Program-made: the position numbers and the translations under genes
Shown: piece by piece, positions 48,744 through 57,344 of the stretch
Numbering within the stretch: position 1 is the first letter of the stretch
How the letters are laid out: each line of letters opens with the position of its first letter
DNA from: a virus
DNA length: 64,000 bases
IMG/VR virus record: IMGVR_UViG_3300042445_001604
Span: 1 to 64,000 of that record
Strand: one strand, 5' to 3'
The notes under the pieces: generated by a model
Told to the model about the DNA's origin: nothing
Database searches by the model: none
Seen by the model: only the letters and a program-made list of their open reading frames with translations

Positions 48744-48875
48744 ATGAACGTCATTCTCACCGCCACCTACACGGACGGCACAGTCGAAACATTCACCACC
48801 AAGCGCGGACAGCACTACCGCCTAGTCCAAGCACTACGCAACGCGGGCGCGACCGTCACGGGCGTACTCGCCTAG
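48744..48875 (+). CDS. small protein (43 aa)
   Basis: MNVILTATYTDGTVETFTTKRGQHYRLVQALRNAGATVTGVLA; promoter, GAAAGGA RBS and terminator present. Confidence 0.75.
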   Translation: MNVILTATYTDGTVETFTTKRGQHYRLVQALRNAGATVTGVLA

Positions 48876-49070
48876 CACACGCACCACGCAACGCCCGCCG
48901 AGAGATTGGCGGGCGTTTTGCGTTTCCCGTCCGCGCACCCGTGCCCGCCGACCACGCTCAAAAAAGGTGTACTTTCCCCGCGCCCACCCGCCGACGTCGT
49001 GGATACTTGACAAACGCCCGCGCTACTGGTATGATGATGTCATCAGCAACACCAAACAAGGAGATACAAA

Positions 49071-49268
49071 ATGACCAGCACCCCCGCCACCGTTCTCGGT
49101 TCGGTTATGATTACCGCCGTCCTCGCGAACGGTATGCCCGTGAAAATGGTTCAGCACGTCGGTAACGAAAACGTGCTTGACGACTACCGCGAGATGTACG
49201 CTACTCTCGTCGCGCTTGGCAAGTACCAGAGCGCCACCGTCGAAGCATACGGCTACCGCAACGCCTAA
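49071..49268 (+). CDS. small protein (65 aa)
   Basis: AAGGAG RBS, promoter and terminator. Confidence 0.78.
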   Translation: MTSTPATVLGSVMITAVLANGMPVKMVQHVGNENVLDDYREMYATLVALGKYQSATVEAYGYRNA

Positions 49269-49414
49269 CACGCGCCACACGAACGCCCCGCCGAAACGCG
49301 GGGCGTTCGCTTTTGTCCGCGACACGCCAACACCGTAAGCACTTGCGAATGTCTGCCGTCTATGGTATACTAAAAGTAAGAAGCAACACCACACCAAACA
49401 AAGGACAAAACGAA

Positions 49415-49552
49415 ATGACCACCGTCACCGCCAACTTTGGAAACCGCACCGAGAGCGTAGACGTCCCCGACGCCTACATTGACGACGTGATTGACGACTA
49501 CTTTGCGAATGGCGCGATTACCGTCACGACCAACAGCGACGCACTCGTCTAA
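49415..49552 (+). CDS. small acidic protein (45 aa)
   Basis: MTTVTANFGNRTESVDVPDAYIDDVIDDYFANGAITVTTNSDALV; promoter and RBS. Confidence 0.75.
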   Translation: MTTVTANFGNRTESVDVPDAYIDDVIDDYFANGAITVTTNSDALV

Positions 49553-49759
49553 CGCCCGCCAGCGACGCCCCCGCCGAAACGCGGGGGCGTTGTCGTTTGC
49601 GCTCATCGCGACCGCGCAACACCCGCGCCCCGCGTTGCTCAAAAAACATATACTTTTGCCCGCGCACCGCGAGCGCCCCGCGACACGATAAAACGGTACG
49701 ACTTGCGAAAATAAATAATCCCTGGTAGAGTGGTGGTACACCACGACGAAAGGAACACA

Positions 49760-50032
49760 ATGACAAACGCCGAACTAAAACGAGAAATTCGCACGGAACT
49801 CAAACGCGCTGGCGAATGGGTATCCAAAAGTTCTACCACCGCAGTACGCAGTTTTCACAACGCAACTAGCGGGTGGAACATTAGCGAGTTTGCTGGGAAT
49901 GTCCAACTCAACTATGTTCGAAACGGAATGGGCGCGACAACGCAGGACGACTTGGCGCGAGCGTTTGCTATTCTCGCAAACGCTGGGCTAGGCGTAGAGA
50001 TTAGGGACAACCGAGTGTTTGTGTCCGCATAA
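49760..50032 (+). CDS. small protein (90 aa)
   Basis: GAAAGGA RBS, promoter and terminator. Confidence 0.78.
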   Translation: MTNAELKREIRTELKRAGEWVSKSSTTAVRSFHNATSGWNISEFAGNVQLNYVRNGMGATTQDDLARAFAILANAGLGVEIRDNRVFVSA

Positions 50033-50240
50033 GCAATCGTCAAACCGAGCGGGCGGGGAGAAATCCCCGTCCGTTTTCTTTTTGCGTAACCGCGCACCCC
50101 CCGCGCCCGCCGACCACGCTCAAAAAAGGTATACTTTTTCGACCCCGCCCCACCGCGACCGTCACGATTAGGTTGTGTCGGCAGTAGATGATATACTTGA
50201 CACAACGCGGGAAACCGCCTAACCAAAGGACACAAACGAA

Positions 50241-50534
50241 ATGACCACCACATACCCCACACGCGTAATGGACACCCCTACGCTTCTCAACCAAATCGGG
50301 CAGATGAACTTCCTAGCCATCTCTGGCGGGCGTATTGCCTACGACAACAACAACGGCGTTATCTTGCCCGTATCGAACGGCTACATTGTCCGTATCGTCC
50401 TCGCTGGAAACGACACCTACCGAGTAACGCGCGAATACAAGCGTGGCACTTACACCGTCAAGCGCGAGTGGACAGATGTTTACTGTGACGAAATCGGGGA
50501 AATCGCGTATCTCGCTTCTTGCTTCCGCGACTAA
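50241..50534 (+). CDS. small phage protein (97 aa)
   Basis: AAAGGA RBS; LLNQIG...AISGGR...L..NDTY.V...DVYCDEI pattern; terminator. Confidence 0.8.
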   Translation: MTTTYPTRVMDTPTLLNQIGQMNFLAISGGRIAYDNNNGVILPVSNGYIVRIVLAGNDTYRVTREYKRGTYTVKREWTDVYCDEIGEIAYLASCFRD

Positions 50535-50626
50535 AAATCAAAACGCAAACGCCCGCGCTAACCACGCGGGCGTTCTGCTTTTACCCGCGCAACCGCGAGC
50601 GCCGAAAGTATATGTTTTTTGAGTGA

Positions 50627-52036
50627 CTACCGCGAGCCGAAAATACGCCCGCCCGTACGCCCACCGCGTCCGAGCGTAATGCGCCGTCCCGCGACAGACT
50701 TAGCCGTAATGTTCCCGCCCAAAAACCCAGCGGGTGGTTTGATGAGCAACGCCGTGAGCGCGTGAACGAGCGCGTCCACGCGGTCTGGGGATTTTCCCTC
50801 GCCCGGTATCCACGACGTCATTTGACTTTCTAGTTCCGCGAGAAACCCTATGTGATGTACGCGCCCTTGTTCGTAGGCGAGCGTAATCGGTTCTGCCCTC
50901 AACGCTTTTCCGTACTTCGAGTGAACTTCCAACACTTGGATTGTCGGGTCGATTGTTTGGATTGCGTTACGCACTAACGCCCCACCTTGATTGACTTCTG
51001 CGACGACGGGGCAACCCCACTTGCGAGCCATTGCCACAACCCGTTCTGCCCACACCGTAGGCGAGCCAAGCACCGAAGCGTCCTCAATTACCCACGATTG
51101 ACGTTTGTATAGGTCGCGTTCACCCGTGCTTGCGACGACGACGATACCGCACTCATCACGGGGATTTTCAGCAACCGACGGGTCTACGCCGATTACGCGC
51201 AACGGTACTGATGACGGCATACCGTTTTGACGATTGTTTTCGATTAGTTCGTCCGTCCACAACGCGCCCTCAACCGCGTCCAACATTTCACCGTAAAGTT
51301 CTTGACGGGCTAACCGCGTACCTTCGTAAACGCCCGTGATTGCGTCTATGTATGATGACGACAAGTTGCCCGCGTTATCCATTGTTGAGCCACGCGATAC
51401 CCAGATTTTTCCTGTCTTGTCCGCTTCGCCCAACAAGTCATATAAAAGTTTTACGCGCTTCGGCGTTGTTGTTGCCAAGATTTGTGGATTGCTTCCGAGT
51501 CGAGTAGCGACGCGCAAGTTATCCCACGACGACATTCCCGCTGCGTCTGGCGTCTGACGCCACGCTGCAACTTCGTCTGCCCACGAGTAGTTTGCTTGGA
51601 CACCACGCAAGGAGTCTGGTTCATCTGCCGTGCCGAGCAACGCGACGTTTCCGTTTGGCCAGGTCAGACGGCGCTTCGACGGTTCATACAACGGCATCTC
51701 CGACGGCGGGGATACACTCATAATTCCCGAATCGCCCTCAACCAAAACGTCACGCACGTCCGCTGCGGTACGAGCAACTAAAAGGAAACGCAACTTTCCC
51801 TCTGATGTTACTCGCGCTTTTTCGCGTACCCATTCAGCAGCCGAGCGCGTCTTACCCGCGCCACGTCCTGCGAGAAACAAACCAACATTCCACGACGAAT
51901 CTTTCGGCGGGATTTGTTCGGGTCGTCCCCAAAAGTCCCACGCCCATAGTAAGTTGTCTGGGTCTATGCCCGCCATTGCTTCGGCGCGTTCTGCTTCGGG
52001 GAGTGCCGCTACGATTTGCGCGAGTGATTGTGCCAT
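50627..52036 (-). CDS. terL: terminase large subunit
   Basis: RPEQ, LAGRGAGKTR (Walker A), LRG, WADE (Walker B), ATTTPK, RQELYGE, IGVDP, AEVNQGG, SPDRVDA nuclease motifs. Confidence 0.95.
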   Translation of the reverse strand: MAQSLAQIVAALPEAERAEAMAGIDPDNLLWAWDFWGRPEQIPPKDSSWNVGLFLAGRGAGKTRSAAEWVREKARVTSEGKLRFLLVARTAADVRDVLVEGDSGIMSVSPPSEMPLYEPSKRRLTWPNGNVALLGTADEPDSLRGVQANYSWADEVAAWRQTPDAAGMSSWDNLRVATRLGSNPQILATTTPKRVKLLYDLLGEADKTGKIWVSRGSTMDNAGNLSSSYIDAITGVYEGTRLARQELYGEMLDAVEGALWTDELIENNRQNGMPSSVPLRVIGVDPSVAENPRDECGIVVVASTGERDLYKRQSWVIEDASVLGSPTVWAERVVAMARKWGCPVVAEVNQGGALVRNAIQTIDPTIQVLEVHSKYGKALRAEPITLAYEQGRVHHIGFLAELESQMTSWIPGEGKSPDRVDALVHALTALLIKPPAGFLGGNITAKSVAGRRITLGRGGRTGGRIFGSR

Positions 52037-52133
52037 TTACTCATCATACCACTCAAAAAACCTATACTTCTGGCAACCGCCTGCCGAGCAAAAGAAAAAC
52101 CCCCCGCCCGTAGGCGAGGGGCTGGGGGAAGAC

Positions 52134-52301
52134 TTAGTAGTCTTCGCGCGGGTCGTACCCGCCTGCCCCACGCGCCACATTGTGGCACGGAAGACAGCGT
52201 TCCACGGGGTCGCCCGCGTGGAAGAACAGCACGGGGGAAAAGTCCCCGCATGCCTCGCACTCGCGCTCGCGAGTGAAGGGGTTTTCGTCAAGGTCGAACA
52301 C
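52134..52301 (-). CDS. small zinc-finger protein
   Basis: GTG start after GAAAGGA; CEAC...CLPC. Confidence 0.65.
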   Translation of the reverse strand: MFDLDENPFTRERECEACGDFSPVLFFHAGDPVERCLPCHNVARGAGGYDPREDY

Positions 52302-52475
52302 GAGAAAATCCTTTCGGTTGGTGGAACACCAGACTAACACACATCACACACAAAGTCAAGTCCCGACGCACCGCGTAGCCCCCCGCGCTGAAAGTATATG
52401 TTTTTTGAGTAGCCACCCCGAAGTCCGCCCCAAAAGGAAAACCCCCCGCTTCCGCGAGGGGCTTCCGTGTCCGCG

Positions 52476-52727
52476 TTACCGCGAGCGACGAGCGTAGCGA
52501 GGGGCGCGATAAGTTACCGCGTTCCAAGCGAACAGAATTACCGAGATGGTCAGCGCACCGATTGCTTCTGCGAGCGCCATACCGCCGACATAGAACTCAA
52601 AACTTTCGCCGTACTTGATTGCGTCGGTGATGAGAATGAGCGAGATAAATCCCGCAACGCCCAGAAAGAAAAGGGCGACGCCCGCGCGTACTTTCCGCGC
52701 GGAGTTGGTGTTGGTGGTGTTTGTCAT
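52476..52727 (-). CDS. two-TM membrane protein, leaderless
   Basis: Two hydrophobic helices; TTGACA-18-TATACT-6 nt-ATG. Confidence 0.75.
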   Translation of the reverse strand: MTNTTNTNSARKVRAGVALFFLGVAGFISLILITDAIKYGESFEFYVGGMALAEAIGALTISVILFAWNAVTYRAPRYARRSR

Positions 52728-52731
52728 AGGA

Positions 52732-52923
52732 CTAGTATATCACTTTGTCCAGCGCAATGTCAAATGGTTCGAAGCCGAGCGCGTTGCCAATTTCGATACC
52801 GTTTGTGCGAGCGTAAATGCGAGCATTCACGAGCGAGTTCGACGTGATTTTCACCGTGTCGTATTCGAGTGCCGTCACGCCGAGCGCTTCGAACTCGAAT
52901 GTGTATGCGTTGTTATTTGTCAT
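52732..52923 (-). CDS. small protein, leaderless
   Basis: TTGACA-17-TATAGT-6 nt-ATG; starts MTNNNAY. Confidence 0.7.
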   Translation of the reverse strand: MTNNNAYTFEFEALGVTALEYDTVKITSNSLVNARIYARTNGIEIGNALGFEPFDIALDKVIY

Positions 52924-53080
52924 ACACCCACTATACCAAGTAACGTAGCGTTTGTCAAGTCGCAAGATGAGCGTGTCGCCAACCCCCGCCCGCTACTCAA
53001 AAAACATATACTTTCCCCGACGCCCGTCGCAGGAAACACGGAAGCCCCCCACCCAAAGGTGAGGGGCTTCTTTGCGAGGA

Positions 53081-53185
53081 CTACTCGCCGTAGTAGCCGT
53101 AGTCCTCGTCCGTGCCAAACCCCGCGCTGGCGAGCGCGTCGGCGTCCGCCCAAGCGTCGTCGCCGTCGTAGTCGTCAAAGTCCAT
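53081..53185 (-). CDS. very acidic 34 aa peptide
   Basis: Hand translation MDFDDYDGDDAWADADALASAGFGTDEDYGYYGE; own promoter, GAAAGGGGG RBS and terminator. Confidence 0.75.
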   Translation of the reverse strand: MDFDDYDGDDAWADADALASAGFGTDEDYGYYGE

Positions 53186-53359
53186 TGTCCCCCCCTTTCG
53201 TCGTTGCCACCAGTCTACCCCATAGCACCGACAAAGTCAAGCAACGACACACCGAGCGAGGCTCATCACCCGCGCACGGAAAGTACACCTTTTTTGAGCC
53301 ACGCCCCGCGCACAGCAAAACGCCCGCCGTTTCCAGCGGGCGCTTGCGAGAGGCGGGCG

Positions 53360-53812
53360 TTACACCCGCGAGGCGCACACCGGGCCGATACCCGCGCTAA
53401 CCGACTTCGGGTCGGTGAGGAACGCGCTACACACACAGCAGATACCCGTTTCCACGCCCCACGCTTTCGCTTCGTCAAGGGTCATACGGTCGTCAGCGGT
53501 GATGAGGCGCATTGCGCCCTGCTCGAAAACGAACGTGTTGTTCGCCCAGTCGAGTTTCTTGGCGTAGAGGCGTCCGCTCTCACGCGAACGCTGAATGCGG
53601 TAAATGTCGCCGTTTGCGAGGCGGTACATTCCGAGTTCGAGTTCGACGAACGAAACCCGCGAGGCGGGCTTGGGCATTGCGAGCAAAAACTCAATGAGTT
53701 CGCTCGCTTCGCGGACGGTCAAGCCAGCCGACTTGCGCTCGGCAAGGTCGTACTCGCGCTCACTCGCGAGCGAGGTGAGGAACGAAATTTGCTTGGGAGT
53801 TGCGGGGTTCAT
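53360..53812 (-). CDS. DUF6011-like zinc-binding protein
   Basis: ATPKQISFL N-terminus; GICCVC...LTDP.S...GIGPVCA. Confidence 0.8.
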   Translation of the reverse strand: MNPATPKQISFLTSLASEREYDLAERKSAGLTVREASELIEFLLAMPKPASRVSFVELELGMYRLANGDIYRIQRSRESGRLYAKKLDWANNTFVFEQGAMRLITADDRMTLDEAKAWGVETGICCVCSAFLTDPKSVSAGIGPVCASRV

Positions 53813-54013
53813 CTTGTGTCCTTTCGGTGGTGGGTGCTTCGTGCTTCCAGTCTAACACACACCTACGACAAACGCAAGTCACGACACACATTCGGCGTTT
53901 CCGCGAGCGCCGACGGCGCACCCGCGCTCGCCCCGCGCGAAAGTATATGTTTTTTGAGCCAGCGGGGAAAAGAAAAACCCCCGCGCAAGGAGAATACGCG
54001 GGGGGCTTTCTTT

Positions 54014-54124
54014 TTAGAGTTGGATACGCTCTCCCGTGATGATGTTCACCACGACCGCACCCGGCCCGAACGCTGCTTCCATTTCGTAGCGTTCCTCGTC
54101 AGAGATTTCGCGCTTGTCGCTCAT
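54014..54124 (-). CDS. 36 aa peptide
   Basis: Hand translation MSDKREISDEERYEMEAAFGPGAVVVNIITGERIQL; promoter, GAAAGGGA RBS and terminator. Confidence 0.75.
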   Translation of the reverse strand: MSDKREISDEERYEMEAAFGPGAVVVNIITGERIQL

Positions 54125-54311
54125 TTCTCGTCCCTTTCTCTTTTGATTTGTTATCACTAGTCTACACTATCTGTTTTGATTTGTCAAGTCAGACCGCACA
54201 TTGTCTTTGTCAATGTATAAAGTGTGTCGCGCTAGATTTTTAGTACTGTTAGTGATACAATGCTAGACCGCAAAAAGAAAACCCCCGCATAGCGGGGGCT
54301 TCTTTGTCAGG

Positions 54312-54839
54312 TTATGACTTTGATTTCAGCACTTGGTATGAGCCACCGTCGCCGTTCAGTTGGGGCATATACCCGTACCGAGCCAGACGGAAACGGATAC
54401 TCGCGGGCGTTACGCCCAACCGCTTTGCCAGACGATAAATTGTCACGCCCTCGACCGTCCGAGCGTGGTTGAGTAGTCGTGAAAACTCCTCGCCCTCTGC
54501 CCGAAACGCGGGAGATTTTCCGCGCACTTGGGAAGCGAGTGGACGCAATTCACGCAACCGCGCAAGTGTGTCCGCGTTCGGCTCGGTGTAAACGGGCTTC
54601 ATCTTTTCGGCAACGACGGGCGGAAGCGGGATTTCGTCGAACACAATTCCAACGGTGTTTACCGTCGCAATTTGTCGTACTCGTTCCCGCGTAATTCCCG
54701 TTGCTTCGGATATGGACTGTAATGTCCAACCCGCGTTTCGTAGTGCTGTGATGTAATCGTTTCGTTCGTTGATACCTAGCGTTGTGAACTTTTCGTGGAC
54801 TTCGCTAGGCAAGGTTAGGTTTGTTTTGCGAAACCGCAT
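54312..54839 (-). CDS. double helix-turn-helix DNA-binding protein (sigma70 region 4-like first HTH)
   Basis: AGWTLQSISEATGITRERVRQI and GVTIYRLAKRLGVTPASIRFRL; start MRFRK after GAAAGGA. Confidence 0.82.
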   Translation of the reverse strand: MRFRKTNLTLPSEVHEKFTTLGINERNDYITALRNAGWTLQSISEATGITRERVRQIATVNTVGIVFDEIPLPPVVAEKMKPVYTEPNADTLARLRELRPLASQVRGKSPAFRAEGEEFSRLLNHARTVEGVTIYRLAKRLGVTPASIRFRLARYGYMPQLNGDGGSYQVLKSKS

Positions 54840-54953
54840 TGCTTGTGTCCTTTCGTTGATTATTAGTATTGACTTCACTAGCCTAACACGACCAAATAAA
54901 AAAGTCAAGCCCGCCACGCGCAACCGCACGACGGACTTGACTTTTGTTAGAGA

Positions 54954-55379
54954 CTATGCTAGAATTAGTTTGACTGTCCTGTCCCCAGCGAAAAGGGATT
55001 TTAGAAACTCTGCGTCGATTTCTCCGTCGCCCAACTTCTTATCGGCACGATACGCTTTCACCGCGTTGAGTGTCAATGCTTCGTAATAACCGGGCTTTGC
55101 TTGACGGACAATTTCGTAGCCCAAGTCAAACAAACGACGCTGAACTTGCCAAACCGACATTGACGTTTTGCTTTTTTTGTTCTCGAAAATAATGTTGCGC
55201 TCTAAAACTTCGACAAGTTCCGACGGCGCACTTTCCGCAGGACTTGTGACAGCAATTTCCTCGGCGGGTGTCGGCGCGATTTCTTCCTCGACTACCGCGA
55301 ACATTTTGTCTTCGTCGGAAAGTACATCTTTTTTGAGTGACGACGGCGTGGTCGGCACGGGAGTTTTCTCATCTGACAT
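54954..55379 (-). CDS. peptidoglycan-binding-domain protein
   Basis: VWQVQRRLFDLGY...Y...T.NAVKAYR..KL.DGEID; start MSDEK after AAAGGA. Confidence 0.7.
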   Translation of the reverse strand: MSDEKTPVPTTPSSLKKDVLSDEDKMFAVVEEEIAPTPAEEIAVTSPAESAPSELVEVLERNIIFENKKSKTSMSVWQVQRRLFDLGYEIVRQAKPGYYEALTLNAVKAYRADKKLGDGEIDAEFLKSLFAGDRTVKLILA

Positions 55380-55381
55380 TG

Positions 55382-55552
55382 TTATTCCTTTTGTGAGAGT
55401 ACGGAGAGAGTAATGCTTCCAAGTCCCAAGACAACCGCAAGTCCCGTCATTGACGGAATAAAGATTGCTGTGGAGATGGCGACGACAATCAAGACAACCG
55501 AAATTACGGAAAGCCACGAGATGTCGCGGAGAATGATAAGTAGTCTGTTCAT
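55382..55552 (-). CDS. small two-TM membrane protein, leaderless
   Basis: Two hydrophobic segments; TGTGG-TACGAT-6 nt-ATG. Confidence 0.65.
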   Translation of the reverse strand: MNRLLIILRDISWLSVISVVLIVVAISTAIFIPSMTGLAVVLGLGSITLSVLSQKE

Positions 55553-55595
55553 TCTGCTATCGTACCACAATTACTTTGTGTAACAACGGCGCGTG

Positions 55596-55790
55596 TTACT
55601 CGTCGCGCAAAGCACGGCGCAACTTTGCCCCGCGTGTCCGCGCTCGGCGTTCACCCGCGTTGGCGTGTGTTCCTGCGCCGTTCCCGCGAGAACGCTCAAC
55701 GATTACGGCGTTGAGTTCACGCGCGTGGGCGTTGCGAACAGACAAGTTCGCCATACCCAAGACGGGCTTTTGCTTTTTGTTCTTTGCCAT
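55596..55790 (-). CDS. small basic protein
   Basis: 64 aa, Arg/Lys-rich; promoter and AAAGGA RBS. Confidence 0.75.
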   Translation of the reverse strand: MAKNKKQKPVLGMANLSVRNAHARELNAVIVERSRGNGAGTHANAGERRARTRGAKLRRALRDE

Positions 55791-55884
55791 TTCGTTTCCT
55801 TTCTCGTGGCGTAGTTACAGTATACCATTTGGCTACTGCGTTGTCAAGTAAGAAAGGGGCGAGATTTCTCTCGCCCCCGACTTG

Positions 55885-55980
55885 TTAGTCATTCCAAGCG
55901 TGGCCCGGAAACGCTTGCTTCATTTCGCGTTCCCAGCAAGGGAAGCACTTTCCCTCGTCGTTGTGTTCGCAGTTCGTCAT
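55885..55980 (-). CDS. 31 aa Cys/His peptide
   Basis: Hand translation MTNCEHNDEGKCFPCWEREMKQAFPGHAWND; promoter and RBS. Confidence 0.65.
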   Translation of the reverse strand: MTNCEHNDEGKCFPCWEREMKQAFPGHAWND

Positions 55981-56094
55981 TGCGTGTCCTTTCGTTGTGG
56001 TGTACCACCAGTCTACTACATACCTACGACATTGTCAAGTACCGACGGCGCACCCGCGCTGGGGGAAAGTATATGTTTTTTGAGTACGGCGCGA

Positions 56095-56259
56095 AAAAAG
56101 AAACGCGAGAGATTTTTCTCCCGCGTTCCGATTTGTCAAGTTTAGGGTGAGCATTTGTTTCGAGCAGACGCACATACTCAGGTGCGGAGAGCCGTCTGTT
56201 ATGTTGCTAAACTGTTCGGCTCTCTTACAGTTTAGGGTGGTAGCCCACACTTTGGCTAC
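56095..56259 (-). ncRNA. candidate structured (pseudoknotted) non-coding RNA of about 165 nt
   Basis: Own promoter TTGACA(56294)-17-TAGTAT and U-tailed terminator; three stems plus GAGAGC/GCTCTC loop pairing; no RBS-led ORF. Confidence 0.6.
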
Positions 56260-56295
56260 ATCTAAATACTAGCACACGGCAATCCAAATGTCAAG

Positions 56296-56583
56296 TTAGG
56301 ACATTGGTGGTGTCGTCGTCAAGTCGTAGTTTCGGAAACGGACTTCGTGCGCGAACAACATCACTTCGGGATTTACGGTGGAGATAGTCGCAATCTCAAC
56401 TATGTCGCCCTGAACCATATGCTTCACGACTTCCCGTGACAACGCTCGTGCTGGCGCGACAAAAAACTTCCGCCCCTTTTCGTCCGCCATAAAGAATGAA
56501 CCGACGAACCCAATGGTCATTGGATTTCGTAGCACTCGCCCCGCGAGTATGCTGGTCTTTTGGTCTGCTGAGTATTTTGCCAT
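56296..56583 (-). CDS. small protein, possible OB/cold-shock-like fold, leaderless
   Basis: TTGACA-17-TACCGT-6 nt-ATG; GF...KFFV...GDIVEI pattern. Confidence 0.65.
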   Translation of the reverse strand: MAKYSADQKTSILAGRVLRNPMTIGFVGSFFMADEKGRKFFVAPARALSREVVKHMVQGDIVEIATISTVNPEVMLFAHEVRFRNYDLTTTPPMS

Positions 56584-56702
56584 ACCCCGACGGTACAACA
56601 TCACCCGCGCATTGTCAAGCCCCGCGTTACTCAAAAAAACTATACTTTTGATTTCCCGGCCAAAAAAGAAACGGGGGACTTTCGCCCCCCGCCCTTTCCT
56701 TT

Positions 56703-56918
56703 TTACTCGTCGATTTCGATACCGTTAGCGACGGCGATTTCGTTGAGCCACGCGAGCGCGTCCTGCCGAGCGCGAAGTCCTCGTCCGAAGTCCTCGCCCG
56801 TAAGACGCTTGACGACCGAGAGTGCGGGTTCACGGGTGAGCGTCATACGCGACGTGTCCCACGTCTTGATTTCGATTTTGAGTGCTTGGCGCATTAGCAC
56901 CAATTGGATTTCGTTCAT
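56703..56918 (-). CDS. small protein (71 aa)
   Basis: Start MNEIQ after GAAAGGA; promoter and terminator. Confidence 0.78.
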   Translation of the reverse strand: MNEIQLVLMRQALKIEIKTWDTSRMTLTREPALSVVKRLTGEDFGRGLRARQDALAWLNEIAVANGIEIDE

Positions 56919-57110
56919 TTCACTTCCTTTCGTCGTGGTGTCTTGCTTTGTAGTTTCAGTATACACCCCACCACCGACATTGTCAAGTCCTGACGAAAAA
57001 ATCTTTTCTGACATAATCCCAAAAATCCAAAAGTATACCTTTTTTGAGCAACTGCCGACCGCGCACGGGAAACCCGCCCGCGCTCTCGCGTGGGCGGGCG
57101 ACCGCGCCGA

Positions 57111-57344
57111 TTAGGAGAGAGCGTCTGCTCGCTCGTGGAAAATCTCGGAGTGTGCGTCCATTGACTTCTTGATAATGGCGTCCACCGTGGCGATAACCGT
57201 CTGGACTTCGTCCTCGGAGAGCGTACGGTACTGGGCGGTGAACAGCGCGTTCATCATAGCCGACCGCGCGTCCGAAGCGCCGAAACCGTGCCCGAGAGCG
57301 TACATCATATTCCCGTGGCGGATAGTGTTGTCGAGAGTGTTCAT
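57111..57344 (-). CDS. small protein (77 aa)
   Basis: AAAGGA RBS; leader shared with the gene starting at 58158. Confidence 0.78.
   Translation of the reverse strand: MNTLDNTIRHGNMMYALGHGFGASDARSAMMNALFTAQYRTLSEDEVQTVIATVDAIIKKSMDAHSEIFHERADALS

Larger units (their letters stand above)
48357..49731 (+). promoter_or_regulatory. series of near-consensus SigA/sigma70 promoters, one per small gene
   Basis: TTGCGA-17-TAGACT (48357-85), TTGACT-17-TAGACT (48677-705), TTGACA-17-TATGAT (49007-35), TTGCGA-17-TATACT (49343-71), TTGCGA-17-TAGAGT (49703-31). The same pattern recurs on the minus strand from 52 to 64 kb. Confidence 0.85.

Noticed and set aside
56150-56240. Hammerhead or pistol ribozyme identity for the ncRNA candidate
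   Set aside because: CTGAGTA does not match the CUGANGA core; the topology is loosely pistol-like but lacks its conserved nucleotides and GU cleavage junction.
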